Below are positions 26,197 to 34,922 of a stretch of DNA of 64,000 nucleotides, in pieces. A model generated the notes under the pieces. That model searched no databases and had not been told where the DNA came from. It saw only the letters and a program-made list of their open reading frames with translations. The DNA comes from an uncultured Gammaproteobacteria bacterium (GTDB taxonomy: Bacteria > Pseudomonadota > Gammaproteobacteria > Steroidobacterales > BM003). Location of the stretch: contig CAWAOM010000006.1 in assembly GCA_963783695.1 (NCBI GenBank), positions 455,641 through 519,640 of the forward strand, written 5' to 3'. Within the stretch, counting starts at the first letter, position 1. Each line of letters opens with the position of its first letter. Made by a program: the position numbers and the translations under genes.

Positions 26197-27561
26197 TCAA
26201 CTTTCGACACACTCGGCCAGGATCCCGGTAATCGCATCAATATTGCTGGCATGGAGCGGTTTCATCAGGCACGAGCGCAGACAGGTCACGCGGTCTTCGT
26301 CAAATTCGACCTCCGCCCAGAACGGGGCCAGCATGTACCGCGGCAACTGCGCCAGCGCGAGATGCAGGCCGAGCTCGGCGGCCCTGTCGAAAAATGCTCT
26401 CGACATGCGGGAAATCTCGCTGCCAAGATTCGCTCGCGGCGCCCACACCACGATGTCGAGTTCAGGCGGAAACATCGTCCGGAAACCGTCATGGTTGTCG
26501 ACAAAATGCCACAAGGCCAGTGCGGCTTCGCGGCAGCGTCGCAGGTCCGCCGCGAATTCGCCTCCGGGCACCGGCGGCAACAGCCGCTGGGTCGCCCACA
26601 ACGCCACCGCCGCGGCACCCGGGCGCGAGCATTCCAGGCTGATTTCTCCAAGATGCAGGTCGGCAGAGGTGAAATACGTGTAGGCGGAGTCGTGCACATA
26701 AAATTTGCCAACACCGGGATCGGCAAACAAAACACATCCACAGCCATAGGGTTGCAGCCCGTGCTTGTGCGGATCCACCACCACTGAGTCGGCATCGCTA
26801 ATCCGGGCAAAGGCGTCACGCGCCTCGGGCGCGAGATTGTCGATGAGTCCAAAATACCCGCCATAGGCCGAATCCACGTGCACCCGGCAACCATGGCGGC
26901 GGGCGAGTTCAATTATTTGCGGCAACGGATCCATTGCGCCCGTGCCAGTGGTGCCGAGCGTCGCCACCACGAGCCCGATGTCGCCGCGCCCGAGGCGCTG
27001 TTCCAGTGCCTGACAATCCATACGCCCGCGGCAATCGGCCGGCACCGACTCGTACGGCAGCTTCAGCACGTTCGAGATACGGCCATGGGTGTAATGAGCC
27101 TGCTCGGAGGCAAGAACGGTTTTGCCCGGGTGCAGCTGCCCGGCAACCCACAGCGCCTCGAGATTGGCCATCGTGCCGCCGCCGGTCAGGTGCCCAAGAT
27201 AGCGGGTCCATCCGAACATCCGCGCCAGTTCGCCGACGGCCTCTTTTTCCATCGCGGACGAGGCTCGACCGCCATCCAGCGCATGATTATTGGGATTGAT
27301 CTGTAGCGCCAACTCATAAGCGATTCGCGCAACCGGGTGCGGGGGCTTTAGCATCTGTCCCGCATACAATGGCTGGTGATATGGAAAATTGTCAGCGAGG
27401 CGGTCGGCGACCTCGCTGATCACGGCATCGATATCGTGCCACTGGCCCGCTTCAAGCTCGACGGGCAGGCCATCGAGATGCCCCTCCAGCCGGCGCACTG
27501 CCCGATCGAGTATCCGCAATTCGCAATCGCTTCCTGTCACACGCGTCCCTCCGGGGATCAT
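26197..27561 (-). CDS. PLP-dependent group II amino-acid decarboxylase family protein
   Basis: Motifs HVDSAYGGYF and SVVVDPHKHGLQPYGCG (the PLP lysine in DPHK), plus GGGTMANLEAL. The start is uncertain: the ORF track extends to 27678, but that extension is R/W-rich, so I chose the ATG at 27561 (MIPGGTRV). Confidence 0.8.
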   Translation of the reverse strand: MIPGGTRVTGSDCELRILDRAVRRLEGHLDGLPVELEAGQWHDIDAVISEVADRLADNFPYHQPLYAGQMLKPPHPVARIAYELALQINPNNHALDGGRASSAMEKEAVGELARMFGWTRYLGHLTGGGTMANLEALWVAGQLHPGKTVLASEQAHYTHGRISNVLKLPYESVPADCRGRMDCQALEQRLGRGDIGLVVATLGTTGTGAMDPLPQIIELARRHGCRVHVDSAYGGYFGLIDNLAPEARDAFARISDADSVVVDPHKHGLQPYGCGCVLFADPGVGKFYVHDSAYTYFTSADLHLGEISLECSRPGAAAVALWATQRLLPPVPGGEFAADLRRCREAALALWHFVDNHDGFRTMFPPELDIVVWAPRANLGSEISRMSRAFFDRAAELGLHLALAQLPRYMLAPFWAEVEFDEDRVTCLRSCLMKPLHASNIDAITGILAECVES

Positions 27562-27632
27562 TGCCCAGCACAGTCTGGCACGGCGCCGCTTGCAGTAAAC
27601 TACCGGCTGCCCTGCTTCAGGTCCACGCCCCG

Positions 27633-28709
27633 ATGATGCCCAATTTACCGTTGTCCCTTCTGCTCGCGGTCCTGGCACCGTTCGCAGTGGTTGCCGGGCC
27701 GGACACGGTAACGACCCGGCCGTTGCCCGACCTGCCGCGAGCGATCAGCAACAACGCAGTTGCCGCGCTCATTTCCGACGCGGGCACGACCTACTTCAGC
27801 TTTCTCGGCCTGGAGACGGGAAAACAGTGGAGCGATGCGTCGGCGGCTGCGTTTGCACTGGCGCCAGACGCATCGGCGTGGCTGGAATTACCCGAGGTGC
27901 CGGGTGGCGAGGGCCGCCTCGCCGCCAGTGCCGTCGCCGTGGCGGGCCAGGTCTATATCTTCGGCGGCTATACGGTGGCTGAGGACGGCAGTGAAAAATC
28001 CGTGCCCCATGTGCACGCTTTCGATCCCGGACGTGGCCAATACCGGGCGCGGCAACCGATGCCGGTTCCCGTCGATGACAGCGTCGCCGTGGCGCACCGG
28101 GATCGTTTCATCTACCTGGTCTCGGGCTGGCACGACCACGGTAACGTCAACCTTGTCCAGCTCTACGATACCGTTACCGACAGCTGGTCGCAGGCTACCC
28201 CGTATCCAGGAACACCGGTATTCGGTCATGGCGGCGGCGTGGCCGGCAATACACTGGTTATCTGCGATGGCGTCGCCATCAGGGTCGCAAAACGGGAACG
28301 CCGCCGCTACGCGAGTTCGACGGAATGCTATCGCGGTGAAATCGACCTCCGCGACCCGCGCAAAATCGACTGGTTCCGGCTTGCCGCGCATCCCGGTCCC
28401 GGCCGCTACCGGATGGCAGCAACAGGGGTCGCCGACGATGGTGGCTGGGTGATTTTCGCCGGCGGCAGCGACAACCCTTACAACTACAACGGCATCGGCT
28501 ATGACGGCCGCCCGGCAGATCCGCTGGCGACCGTTATCGGATACTCGCTGGCGCGAGGGGAATGGCGCCAGCTCGGAAGGCTCGATACTGCGACGATGGA
28601 TCACCGCGCGCTCGTCGCCGCTCGCGGCCGTTTCGCCGTGATCGGCGGCATGCGCGAGAACCAGCGGGTCAGCGCAACCGCGCTGACCTTCCAGCTTGAG
28701 CTGCCGTGA
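27633..28709 (+). CDS. Secreted Kelch-repeat beta-propeller protein
   Basis: The ORF at 27561 was trimmed to MMPNLPLSLLLAVLAPFAVVAG (signal peptide). It has repeated Kelch-like blades: QVYIFGGYT, RFIYLVSGW, GWVIFAGGSDNPYNYNG and RFAVIGGMRE. Confidence 0.7.
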   Translation: MMPNLPLSLLLAVLAPFAVVAGPDTVTTRPLPDLPRAISNNAVAALISDAGTTYFSFLGLETGKQWSDASAAAFALAPDASAWLELPEVPGGEGRLAASAVAVAGQVYIFGGYTVAEDGSEKSVPHVHAFDPGRGQYRARQPMPVPVDDSVAVAHRDRFIYLVSGWHDHGNVNLVQLYDTVTDSWSQATPYPGTPVFGHGGGVAGNTLVICDGVAIRVAKRERRRYASSTECYRGEIDLRDPRKIDWFRLAAHPGPGRYRMAATGVADDGGWVIFAGGSDNPYNYNGIGYDGRPADPLATVIGYSLARGEWRQLGRLDTATMDHRALVAARGRFAVIGGMRENQRVSATALTFQLELP

Positions 28710-29626
28710 GCTCCGCAGAAAAAGACCGGTCGGGACCGGCGGTTCCCGCCCGGCACGGGTATGAACGCCGCGCAATGCTCTCATTGCTGGCGGGGGCGGC
28801 GATGATCAGCACGTCGGCAGTATTCGTCAAACTGACCACGGTACCGCCGACCACCAGCGGATTTTACCGGGTGCTGTTCGGAGGCCTGATCCTGACGCTG
28901 CTCGCCTGGAGGCACCCTGAGTCGCGTCCCCGGGGGTCGCGCGCCTGGACCGCGTTGATTGTCGCCGGGGTGTTTTTCTCGCTGGACTTATGGTTCTGGC
29001 ATCGCAGTATTCACTATGTGGGACCTGGTCTGTCGACCCTGCTGGCAAATTTCCAGGTATTCGTTCTCGCCCTTGTCGGCATCCTGGCTTTTGGCGAGAA
29101 GCTGCGGGCCGAGCTTCTCATTGCCATCCCGCTGGCACTGTACGGGCTGTCGCTGATCATCGGTTTCGAATGGCAGGGGCTGGCGCAGGATTACCGTGCG
29201 GGCGTGGTGTTTGGCCTGCTGACGGCGGTGTCATATGCCGGGTACATCCTGTCCCTGCGCTACGCGCGCACTGGCGGCAGCGGTGGATCGCCAGGCGCCG
29301 ATCTGGCCGTCGTATCACTCTGTACCGCCGCCTTTCTCGGCGCGAGTGCACTCGTGGAGGGAGTCAGCCTGGCAATACCGGGCTGGCGCGATGCAGGGTT
29401 GCTGATTGGCTATGGTTTTGTCGCACAGGTGCTTGGATGGATGCTGATTTCACACGGCCTGTCCGGCGTCACTGCATCACGGGTCGGTCTCGTCCTGTTA
29501 CTGCAACCGCTGCTCGCCTACATCTGGGATATTGCCTTTTTCTCGGGACCGGTCGCCGCGGCCCAGCTGGGAGGCGCTGCCCTGACCGTATTTGCCATAT
29601 GGCTGGGTTCGCGCCGCCGCAAGTAA
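28706..29626 (+). CDS. EamA/DMT-family permease
   Basis: 306-aa polytopic hydrophobic ORF with a duplicated EamA-like architecture. Its GTG start overlaps the Kelch gene stop (GTGA). An alternative start is the ATG at 28775. Confidence 0.8.
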   Translation: MSSAEKDRSGPAVPARHGYERRAMLSLLAGAAMISTSAVFVKLTTVPPTTSGFYRVLFGGLILTLLAWRHPESRPRGSRAWTALIVAGVFFSLDLWFWHRSIHYVGPGLSTLLANFQVFVLALVGILAFGEKLRAELLIAIPLALYGLSLIIGFEWQGLAQDYRAGVVFGLLTAVSYAGYILSLRYARTGGSGGSPGADLAVVSLCTAAFLGASALVEGVSLAIPGWRDAGLLIGYGFVAQVLGWMLISHGLSGVTASRVGLVLLLQPLLAYIWDIAFFSGPVAAAQLGGAALTVFAIWLGSRRRK

Positions 29627-29698
29627 GCTCACTACCTGCAAATTGGAACTGTGCGCGGATGTTACAATTCCGCGCCTGATTTCGGCGGCCGCGGACGC

Positions 29699-30358
29699 AT
29701 GCTTGAACTGGGTCTGAAAATTCTCGCAAGCTACCTTTTGGGGGCAATTAACGGCAGCTTGCTGATCGGGCGGCTGCGCGGCGGCATCGATATCCGCAAA
29801 CACGGCAGCGGCAACGCCGGCGCGACCAATGCGCTGCGCACCCAGGGAATCTGGTTCGCGCTACCGGCCATCGCGATCGACTTTTGCAAGGGTCTGATCC
29901 CGGTGTTGCTGCTTCCGTCGCTGATGCTGCCCGGCGTCGGCCTCGATCCCGCAGTTGACCGCGAGTGGCTGGCCGTCGCGTGCGGCGCGGCCGCAGTGGT
30001 CGGCCATTGCTATCCACTGTGGCACAGATTCGCCGGCGGCAAGGGCGCCGCCACCATGGCGGGCGTGCTATGCGCGCTTGCTCCCAATATGCTGCTGATC
30101 GTCGTCGTAATCTGGGCAGTCGTGCTGTTACTGACCGGCTATGTGGGGCTGGCAACGATGACGGCGGGACTCTCGCTGCCGATTGCGGTGGCCATCTCCG
30201 GCAACGCCCAGCTTTCCAATCCGTTTTTTGTGCTGACGATCGTTGCGGCGGCGTTCATTATTTTCACCCACAGGGTCAACATCGCACGGATGCGCGACGG
30301 CACGGAACAAGCTATCGGCCCGATTTCGCGGCGCGGTCGCCGCAAACACAATCAATGA
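29699..30358 (+). CDS. plsY: Glycerol-3-phosphate acyltransferase PlsY
   Basis: The ORF at 29651 was trimmed to MLELGLKILASYLLGAINGSLLIGRL...HGSGNAGATNALR, which is the PlsY signature. Confidence 0.92.
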   Translation: MLELGLKILASYLLGAINGSLLIGRLRGGIDIRKHGSGNAGATNALRTQGIWFALPAIAIDFCKGLIPVLLLPSLMLPGVGLDPAVDREWLAVACGAAAVVGHCYPLWHRFAGGKGAATMAGVLCALAPNMLLIVVVIWAVVLLLTGYVGLATMTAGLSLPIAVAISGNAQLSNPFFVLTIVAAAFIIFTHRVNIARMRDGTEQAIGPISRRGRRKHNQ

Positions 30359-31362
30359 CGCGTGCGAATGGCCCGACCGCCGACGAACGCCTGCTGCATG
30401 AACTGGCGGACGGCGAATTTCATTCAGGCAGTCGTCTTGCCAGCCATCTCGGCATTAGCCGCACGGCAGTATGGAAGAAAATTCATGCGCTTGGAGCGCT
30501 GGGTCTCAGCGTGACCGCCACTCCCGGACATGGCTACCAACTCGCCGGCGGGCTGGATCTTGTCGATCCCGAGCGCGTTCTCGCGCGCGCCGGCGACAGC
30601 GCGCGGAACCGGCTGCAGCGGATCGAATTTCTCGCCATCGCGAACTCGACCAACGAGCGCCTCAATGCCTGCTTGCCACCCGCGCCCGGTTTTGCTCATC
30701 TGTGCATGGCGGATTTCCAACATGCGGGCCGCGGACGCCGTGGACGAACCTGGGCGGCTCCCTATGCGAGCGGTTTGTGCCTTTCGCTGGGGTGGACGTT
30801 CCCATCGCAGCCACCCGAGTTTTCGGCACTGAGCCTGGTCGCCGGTGTTGCCTCGTGCCTCGCACTGCAGCAGACGGGGCTCGAGAATCCCGGTTTGAAG
30901 TGGCCCAACGATATTGTCTGCGGCGGCGCGAAACTCGGTGGCATCCTGATCGAGATTCGCGGCGAAGCGGACGGGCCGGTCTATGTCGTGACAGGGCTGG
31001 GCCTGAATGTGAGGCTGCCGGAGGCGGCACGGCGGGATCTGGCGGCAACTACCGCGTTACCACCCACCGACCTTGCACGGTGCATGAGCAACGTACCCGC
31101 TCGCAGTGATATTGCCGGACTGGTGATCAGGCATCTGATCACTGCATTCGATTCCTTCGGCCGCAACGGTTTCGCACCGTTCGCTGAGGCGTTCAGGGAT
31201 CTGGACGCTGCCGCCGGCAGACCTGTCTCCCTCCACTGCGGTGACGAAGTTACCGCGGGCATCGCTGCCGGCGTCGACCGTGACGGCGCGCTGCTGCTCG
31301 ATACGCCCCATGGTCGCAAGCGCTTTTACGGCGGCGAGATCAGCTTGAGATTCAGCCAATGA
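30355..31362 (+). CDS. birA: Bifunctional biotin-[acetyl-CoA-carboxylase] ligase / biotin operon repressor BirA
   Basis: The ORF at 29965 was trimmed to the ATG at 30355, which overlaps the plsY stop as ATGA. It has an N-terminal HTH (SGSRLASHLGISRTAVWKKIHAL), GRGRRGRTW and KWPNDI motifs. Confidence 0.92.
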   Translation: MTRANGPTADERLLHELADGEFHSGSRLASHLGISRTAVWKKIHALGALGLSVTATPGHGYQLAGGLDLVDPERVLARAGDSARNRLQRIEFLAIANSTNERLNACLPPAPGFAHLCMADFQHAGRGRRGRTWAAPYASGLCLSLGWTFPSQPPEFSALSLVAGVASCLALQQTGLENPGLKWPNDIVCGGAKLGGILIEIRGEADGPVYVVTGLGLNVRLPEAARRDLAATTALPPTDLARCMSNVPARSDIAGLVIRHLITAFDSFGRNGFAPFAEAFRDLDAAAGRPVSLHCGDEVTAGIAAGVDRDGALLLDTPHGRKRFYGGEISLRFSQ

Positions 31363-32120
31363 TGCTGCTGATCGATGCCGGTAATACCCGAATCAAGAGC
31401 GCCCTGCATGACGCCGACGGCATCGCGAACTTCAGCGCCATCGATGCGCATCGCGAGGACGCGCTGGGCGCGATTGTCGCGGCGGCACTGGCGCAGACAA
31501 AAGACGGTCTTGCGAGGGTGCTCGTCGCCAATGTCGCGGGCGAGCCCCTCGCCAGATCCCTGGTCGCGGTCTGCGGTGCCAGCGGGGCTCCCGAACCCGA
31601 GTTCGTCCGGTCGACGAGGCAACTGGGCGGCGTGACCAACGCCTACGCCGACCCCGCCCAGCTCGGCGTTGATCGCTGGTTGGCAATTGTGGCGGCTTTC
31701 GCTATGTTCCCCGGCGATGTTTGTGTTATCGACGCCGGGTCCGCACTGACGATCGACGGCATCGACAGCCATGGGCGTCATCATGGCGGATGCATCGCCC
31801 CGGGACTCGACATGATGCGCTCGGCGCTGTTGAACGAAACCAGCGACCTAGCCCATCTGAGCCGGGCCGGCGGCGACACAACCGCGGACTGTTTCGCCAC
31901 TGACACCCGGGCCGCGATCGCCAGCGGCTGCCGCAATGCGGTCGCGGGCCTGGTGAGGCAGGCGCTGGACGATATGACCGCGCGCACCGGCGCGAGGCCA
32001 CGTATAGTTATTACCGGCGGCGATGCCATGGCCGTCAAAGCGACAACCCGGCTTCCGGCCAGTCACGTTCCCGACCTGGTTTTGCGTGGCCTTGCCGTAG
32101 CCGCATTGGAGAACTCGTGA
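31359..32120 (+). CDS. coaX: Type III pantothenate kinase
   Basis: 253-aa ORF MMLLIDAGNTRIKSAL... with an ATGA overlap with birA. The birA-coaX pairing is conserved. Confidence 0.92.
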   Translation: MMLLIDAGNTRIKSALHDADGIANFSAIDAHREDALGAIVAAALAQTKDGLARVLVANVAGEPLARSLVAVCGASGAPEPEFVRSTRQLGGVTNAYADPAQLGVDRWLAIVAAFAMFPGDVCVIDAGSALTIDGIDSHGRHHGGCIAPGLDMMRSALLNETSDLAHLSRAGGDTTADCFATDTRAAIASGCRNAVAGLVRQALDDMTARTGARPRIVITGGDAMAVKATTRLPASHVPDLVLRGLAVAALENS

Positions 32121-32962
32121 AGCTCTTGTTTCTTTCGCTGCTTTTGGCGAACGCTCTGGTTTTTGCATGGACTCGATGGTTCGAGGCGCCGTCCGCACCT
32201 CCCCCTGCAAGCAGAGCGGCAGCACCCACGCTCACACTGGCATCCGAACTGCCGCCCCGCAGCGAATCCAGCGCGATCGATTTCGCCGCCAACGCGGCGG
32301 TTAACCCTCCGGTTGCTGCGGCCGCATCCGAACCGGCCGACATGACCGGGCAGCCCGCCGCGGCCAACCCGGACATGCGCCAGGGCACCGGGCCCGGCGA
32401 GGACGAGGGCCAGCGCGAACCAATGGTGGCGCGCGACGACACTGTCAGCGTGGCCGATGCTGCGAACATCGCCGCGCCACTGCTGTGCCTGAGCCTGGGC
32501 CCGTTTCGTATTGAGAATGATGCCCGAGATGCCGCCGCCCTTCTGCAGAGCGAGGGTCTGGCGCCGCGCCAGCGTAGCGCCGAAGACGTCGTCGGCGGCG
32601 GCTATTGGGTCCACCTGCCACCTTATCCCAGCCGTGCTGATGCCCGCGCCGCAGTCGCAGAAATTAACGAAAAAGGCGTACCGGATGCCTACATCGTTCG
32701 CACCGGCGAAAACATCAACGCCATTGCACTGGGCATGCTGACTGAACTCGATCGGGCACAACGCCTCGCCACGCAGGTGCGCGCAATCGGTTTCGATGCG
32801 CAGATTGCCGAGCGCACCCTGACCGATACCGTTTTCTGGGTCGATGTAGATGTCGATGACCTTGCCCGGGTCGACCCCACGAGATTCCAGTCATCTTCGC
32901 GGCGCGTCGCCCGGCTCCGGGTCGAGAACTGCCCCGGCCCCGAGCCGGCAGCGTTGGACTAG
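32117..32962 (+). CDS. SPOR-domain protein (N-terminal membrane anchor, Ala/Pro-rich linker, C-terminal SPOR-like domain)
   Basis: 281-aa ORF with a GTGA overlap with coaX. It has a TM segment (LLFLSLLLANALVFAW) and a C-terminal alpha/beta repeat region. A gene of the same position and type follows coaX in many gammaproteobacteria. Confidence 0.7.
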   Translation: MKLLFLSLLLANALVFAWTRWFEAPSAPPPASRAAAPTLTLASELPPRSESSAIDFAANAAVNPPVAAAASEPADMTGQPAAANPDMRQGTGPGEDEGQREPMVARDDTVSVADAANIAAPLLCLSLGPFRIENDARDAAALLQSEGLAPRQRSAEDVVGGGYWVHLPPYPSRADARAAVAEINEKGVPDAYIVRTGENINAIALGMLTELDRAQRLATQVRAIGFDAQIAERTLTDTVFWVDVDVDDLARVDPTRFQSSSRRVARLRVENCPGPEPAALD

Positions 32963-33000
32963 ATCGGGCTTCGACCCTAAACTACGCGGCCAGCGCCAAC

Positions 33001-33076
33001 GCCGGAATAGCTCAACTGGTAGAGCAACCGCCTTGTAAGCGGTAGGTTGGGGGTTCAAGTCCCTCTTCCGGCACCA
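33001..33076 (+). tRNA. thrU: tRNA-Thr (anticodon UGU)
   Basis: GCCGGAATAGCTCAACTGGTAGAGCAACCGCCTTGTAAGCGGTAGGTTGGGGGTTCAAGTCCCTCTTCCGGCACCA folds as a cloverleaf. The anticodon loop is CTTGTAA and the CCA end is encoded. Confidence 0.95.
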
Positions 33077-33284
33077 CTGCTGCATCGCGCTGCAACGCCC
33101 CCCACATTCGCCGCATCAAATCGCTGCCCGATTCGAGAGAGACGCTGCGTTACCGGCCGCGCCGGCTACGGAAATCCCAGGCTGCTGCCAACCGACAAAT
33201 CCGGGGCTGGTGCGCATTGTGACTACCCAAGCTGACCTGCCCCAACTACACTGGATGGCGATCGCCATATCGGAGACGAAAAAA

Positions 33285-33746
33285 ATGCGCGAAACCATTC
33301 GTCAAAAATGCGCACCGGCTCTTGCTGCCGTCGCATCGATTATTCTCACCTCGGGCTGTGCGACCACCGATTCCGGCACGCTGGATCCGGTCTGGGGCCC
33401 ATTTAGCGAGCGCCAACCGGTACCGGTAATCTACATCAACGCGACAATCTCGGGTCCCGGCGGCGACATCAGCCTCACCACCCCGGACGGCGTCACCTGC
33501 ACCGGCAGATGGGGCCGGCAGGCTGGCGGCCAGCCATTGTTTTCCGAAAGCAACGTTACCGGCGGCAAGGGTCTCGAGTTTTATCGCGCCTGGTCGACCT
33601 ACACCGGAAGCAGCAATCTCGCCAAGGCCACGGCAACCTGTTCTGACGGCTCGACCTTTTCAGCTGAGTTTCTTGCCGTCCGCGGGTCGCCCGGCGTAGG
33701 CATCGCTGGCGACACGCATGGCAATGTCTATCGCGTCACCTTCTAG
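33285..33746 (+). CDS. Hypothetical lipoprotein
   Basis: The ORF at 33210 was trimmed to MRETIRQKCAPALAAVASIILTSGC (lipobox LTSGC). I recognise no family. Confidence 0.6.
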   Translation: MRETIRQKCAPALAAVASIILTSGCATTDSGTLDPVWGPFSERQPVPVIYINATISGPGGDISLTTPDGVTCTGRWGRQAGGQPLFSESNVTGGKGLEFYRAWSTYTGSSNLAKATATCSDGSTFSAEFLAVRGSPGVGIAGDTHGNVYRVTF

Positions 33747-34780
33747 CGCGTAGCGCCGGCGGCCGCAGCCTGGCGGCGGCCGCGGAAACGGCCGGGCGCC
33801 TCTCCGGTCCAACCGCGGAAGGCACGGCTGAAGTTGGCAGGATCACCGAAGCCGAGGCGAAACGCTATTTCCGCGACCTGCAGCTCGCTGTGCAGCAACA
33901 GGTCGACTGCCAGTGCACGATGCACCTCATCGAGAATTCTCTGATAAGAGGTGCCGGCACGTTTCAGGCGGCGTATCAGGGTTCGCGGGGAAATGAACTG
34001 CGAGCGCGCGACCTCCGCCAGCCCCGGCATTTTACCGCGCGCGGCCAGCAGTTCGGCCCGCACCGCAACTTCGATATCCGATTCGCCGGTCACTCGCCGC
34101 AGTAGTTCGCGACAGCGACTGGTCGCGGCGCGATGCAACTGATCGTCATACAGGGCGCAGGACTCGTCCAGCCATTCGCTCGGAAGCCGCAGACAATGGC
34201 CGTCGCCAGCAAACCGCAACTCGCCATCGAATGCCGCTCGCAAAGCCTCATCATAATCCGGTGCCGCATACGCAAGCTCCAGGCGCGCGCCCTCCAGTTT
34301 GCGGCCGACGATGCCCGCCACGATTGACTGCAGCGCCAGGAACATCGTCTCCAGCAACAGTTCGCGAACCGGCCCCAGGTCTACCGACTCGACCACCTTG
34401 ACGGTGTAGTAGTCGACACCGGGTTGCCCGCTAAGCCAGACGTAGGGCGCGCGAATTTCGGTATAACGCATAAGCACATCGAGGGCGGTGCGCAGATCCG
34501 GCGCGGTAGCCGCGGCCACCCCCAGCGGCCCGTGGGAGGTGATCGACAGATGTGAGGCAAGCCCCAGATGCCAGCCCGGCGCTCCCAGGCGCATTGATAG
34601 GTTGCGCATCAGATCGCGCATTGTCGCCAGACTGACATAGGCGTCGCTTTGCCGCAGACGCGACAGCGTCAGTCCCGTGCCGGCGAGCATGGCCCGATGA
34701 TCGTTTTCGTCCAGCAAGAAATCCCGCAATGCAATTCGGAGATAGGTCACGGGCATTTGCTTTTTCTGAAGATCGGACAC
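33743..34780 (-). CDS. AraC-family transcriptional regulator
   Basis: 345-aa ORF with a C-terminal double HTH (...ISPRTLIRRLKRAGTSYQRILDEV...VAEIAFRLGFGDPANFSRAFRGWTGEAPGRFR). It is divergent from alkB. Confidence 0.88.
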   Translation of the reverse strand: MSDLQKKQMPVTYLRIALRDFLLDENDHRAMLAGTGLTLSRLRQSDAYVSLATMRDLMRNLSMRLGAPGWHLGLASHLSITSHGPLGVAAATAPDLRTALDVLMRYTEIRAPYVWLSGQPGVDYYTVKVVESVDLGPVRELLLETMFLALQSIVAGIVGRKLEGARLELAYAAPDYDEALRAAFDGELRFAGDGHCLRLPSEWLDESCALYDDQLHRAATSRCRELLRRVTGESDIEVAVRAELLAARGKMPGLAEVARSQFISPRTLIRRLKRAGTSYQRILDEVHRALAVDLLLHSELQVAEIAFRLGFGDPANFSRAFRGWTGEAPGRFRGRRQAAAAGATR

Positions 34781-34922
34781 TATTGCGCTGCAATATAATG
34801 ACGAATAGCCATGGAAGTGGCAGTATATGACAATCTGGTGTCAGTTATAACGCTCCACCCTCGTGCGCTCTCACCTCATAGTGGACCCATCGACGCCCGT
34901 TAGCCGAGAGGGAAGCTGCACC

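Noticed and set aside
27760-28784. Alternative-frame ORFs (27760-28452 plus strand, 27888-28784 minus strand) inside the Kelch gene.
   Set aside because: The Kelch frame has a signal peptide and repeated blade motifs. The alternative frames are Arg/Pro-rich.
29965-30354. 130-codon 5' extension of the birA ORF that overlaps plsY.
   Set aside because: The extension is Arg-rich junk. The conserved BirA HTH begins right after the internal ATG at 30355, which forms an ATGA overlap with the plsY stop. The same logic was applied to the 5' extensions of rplC, rpsJ, rplA, tufB, the barrel gene (36675) and the octaheme gene (38521).
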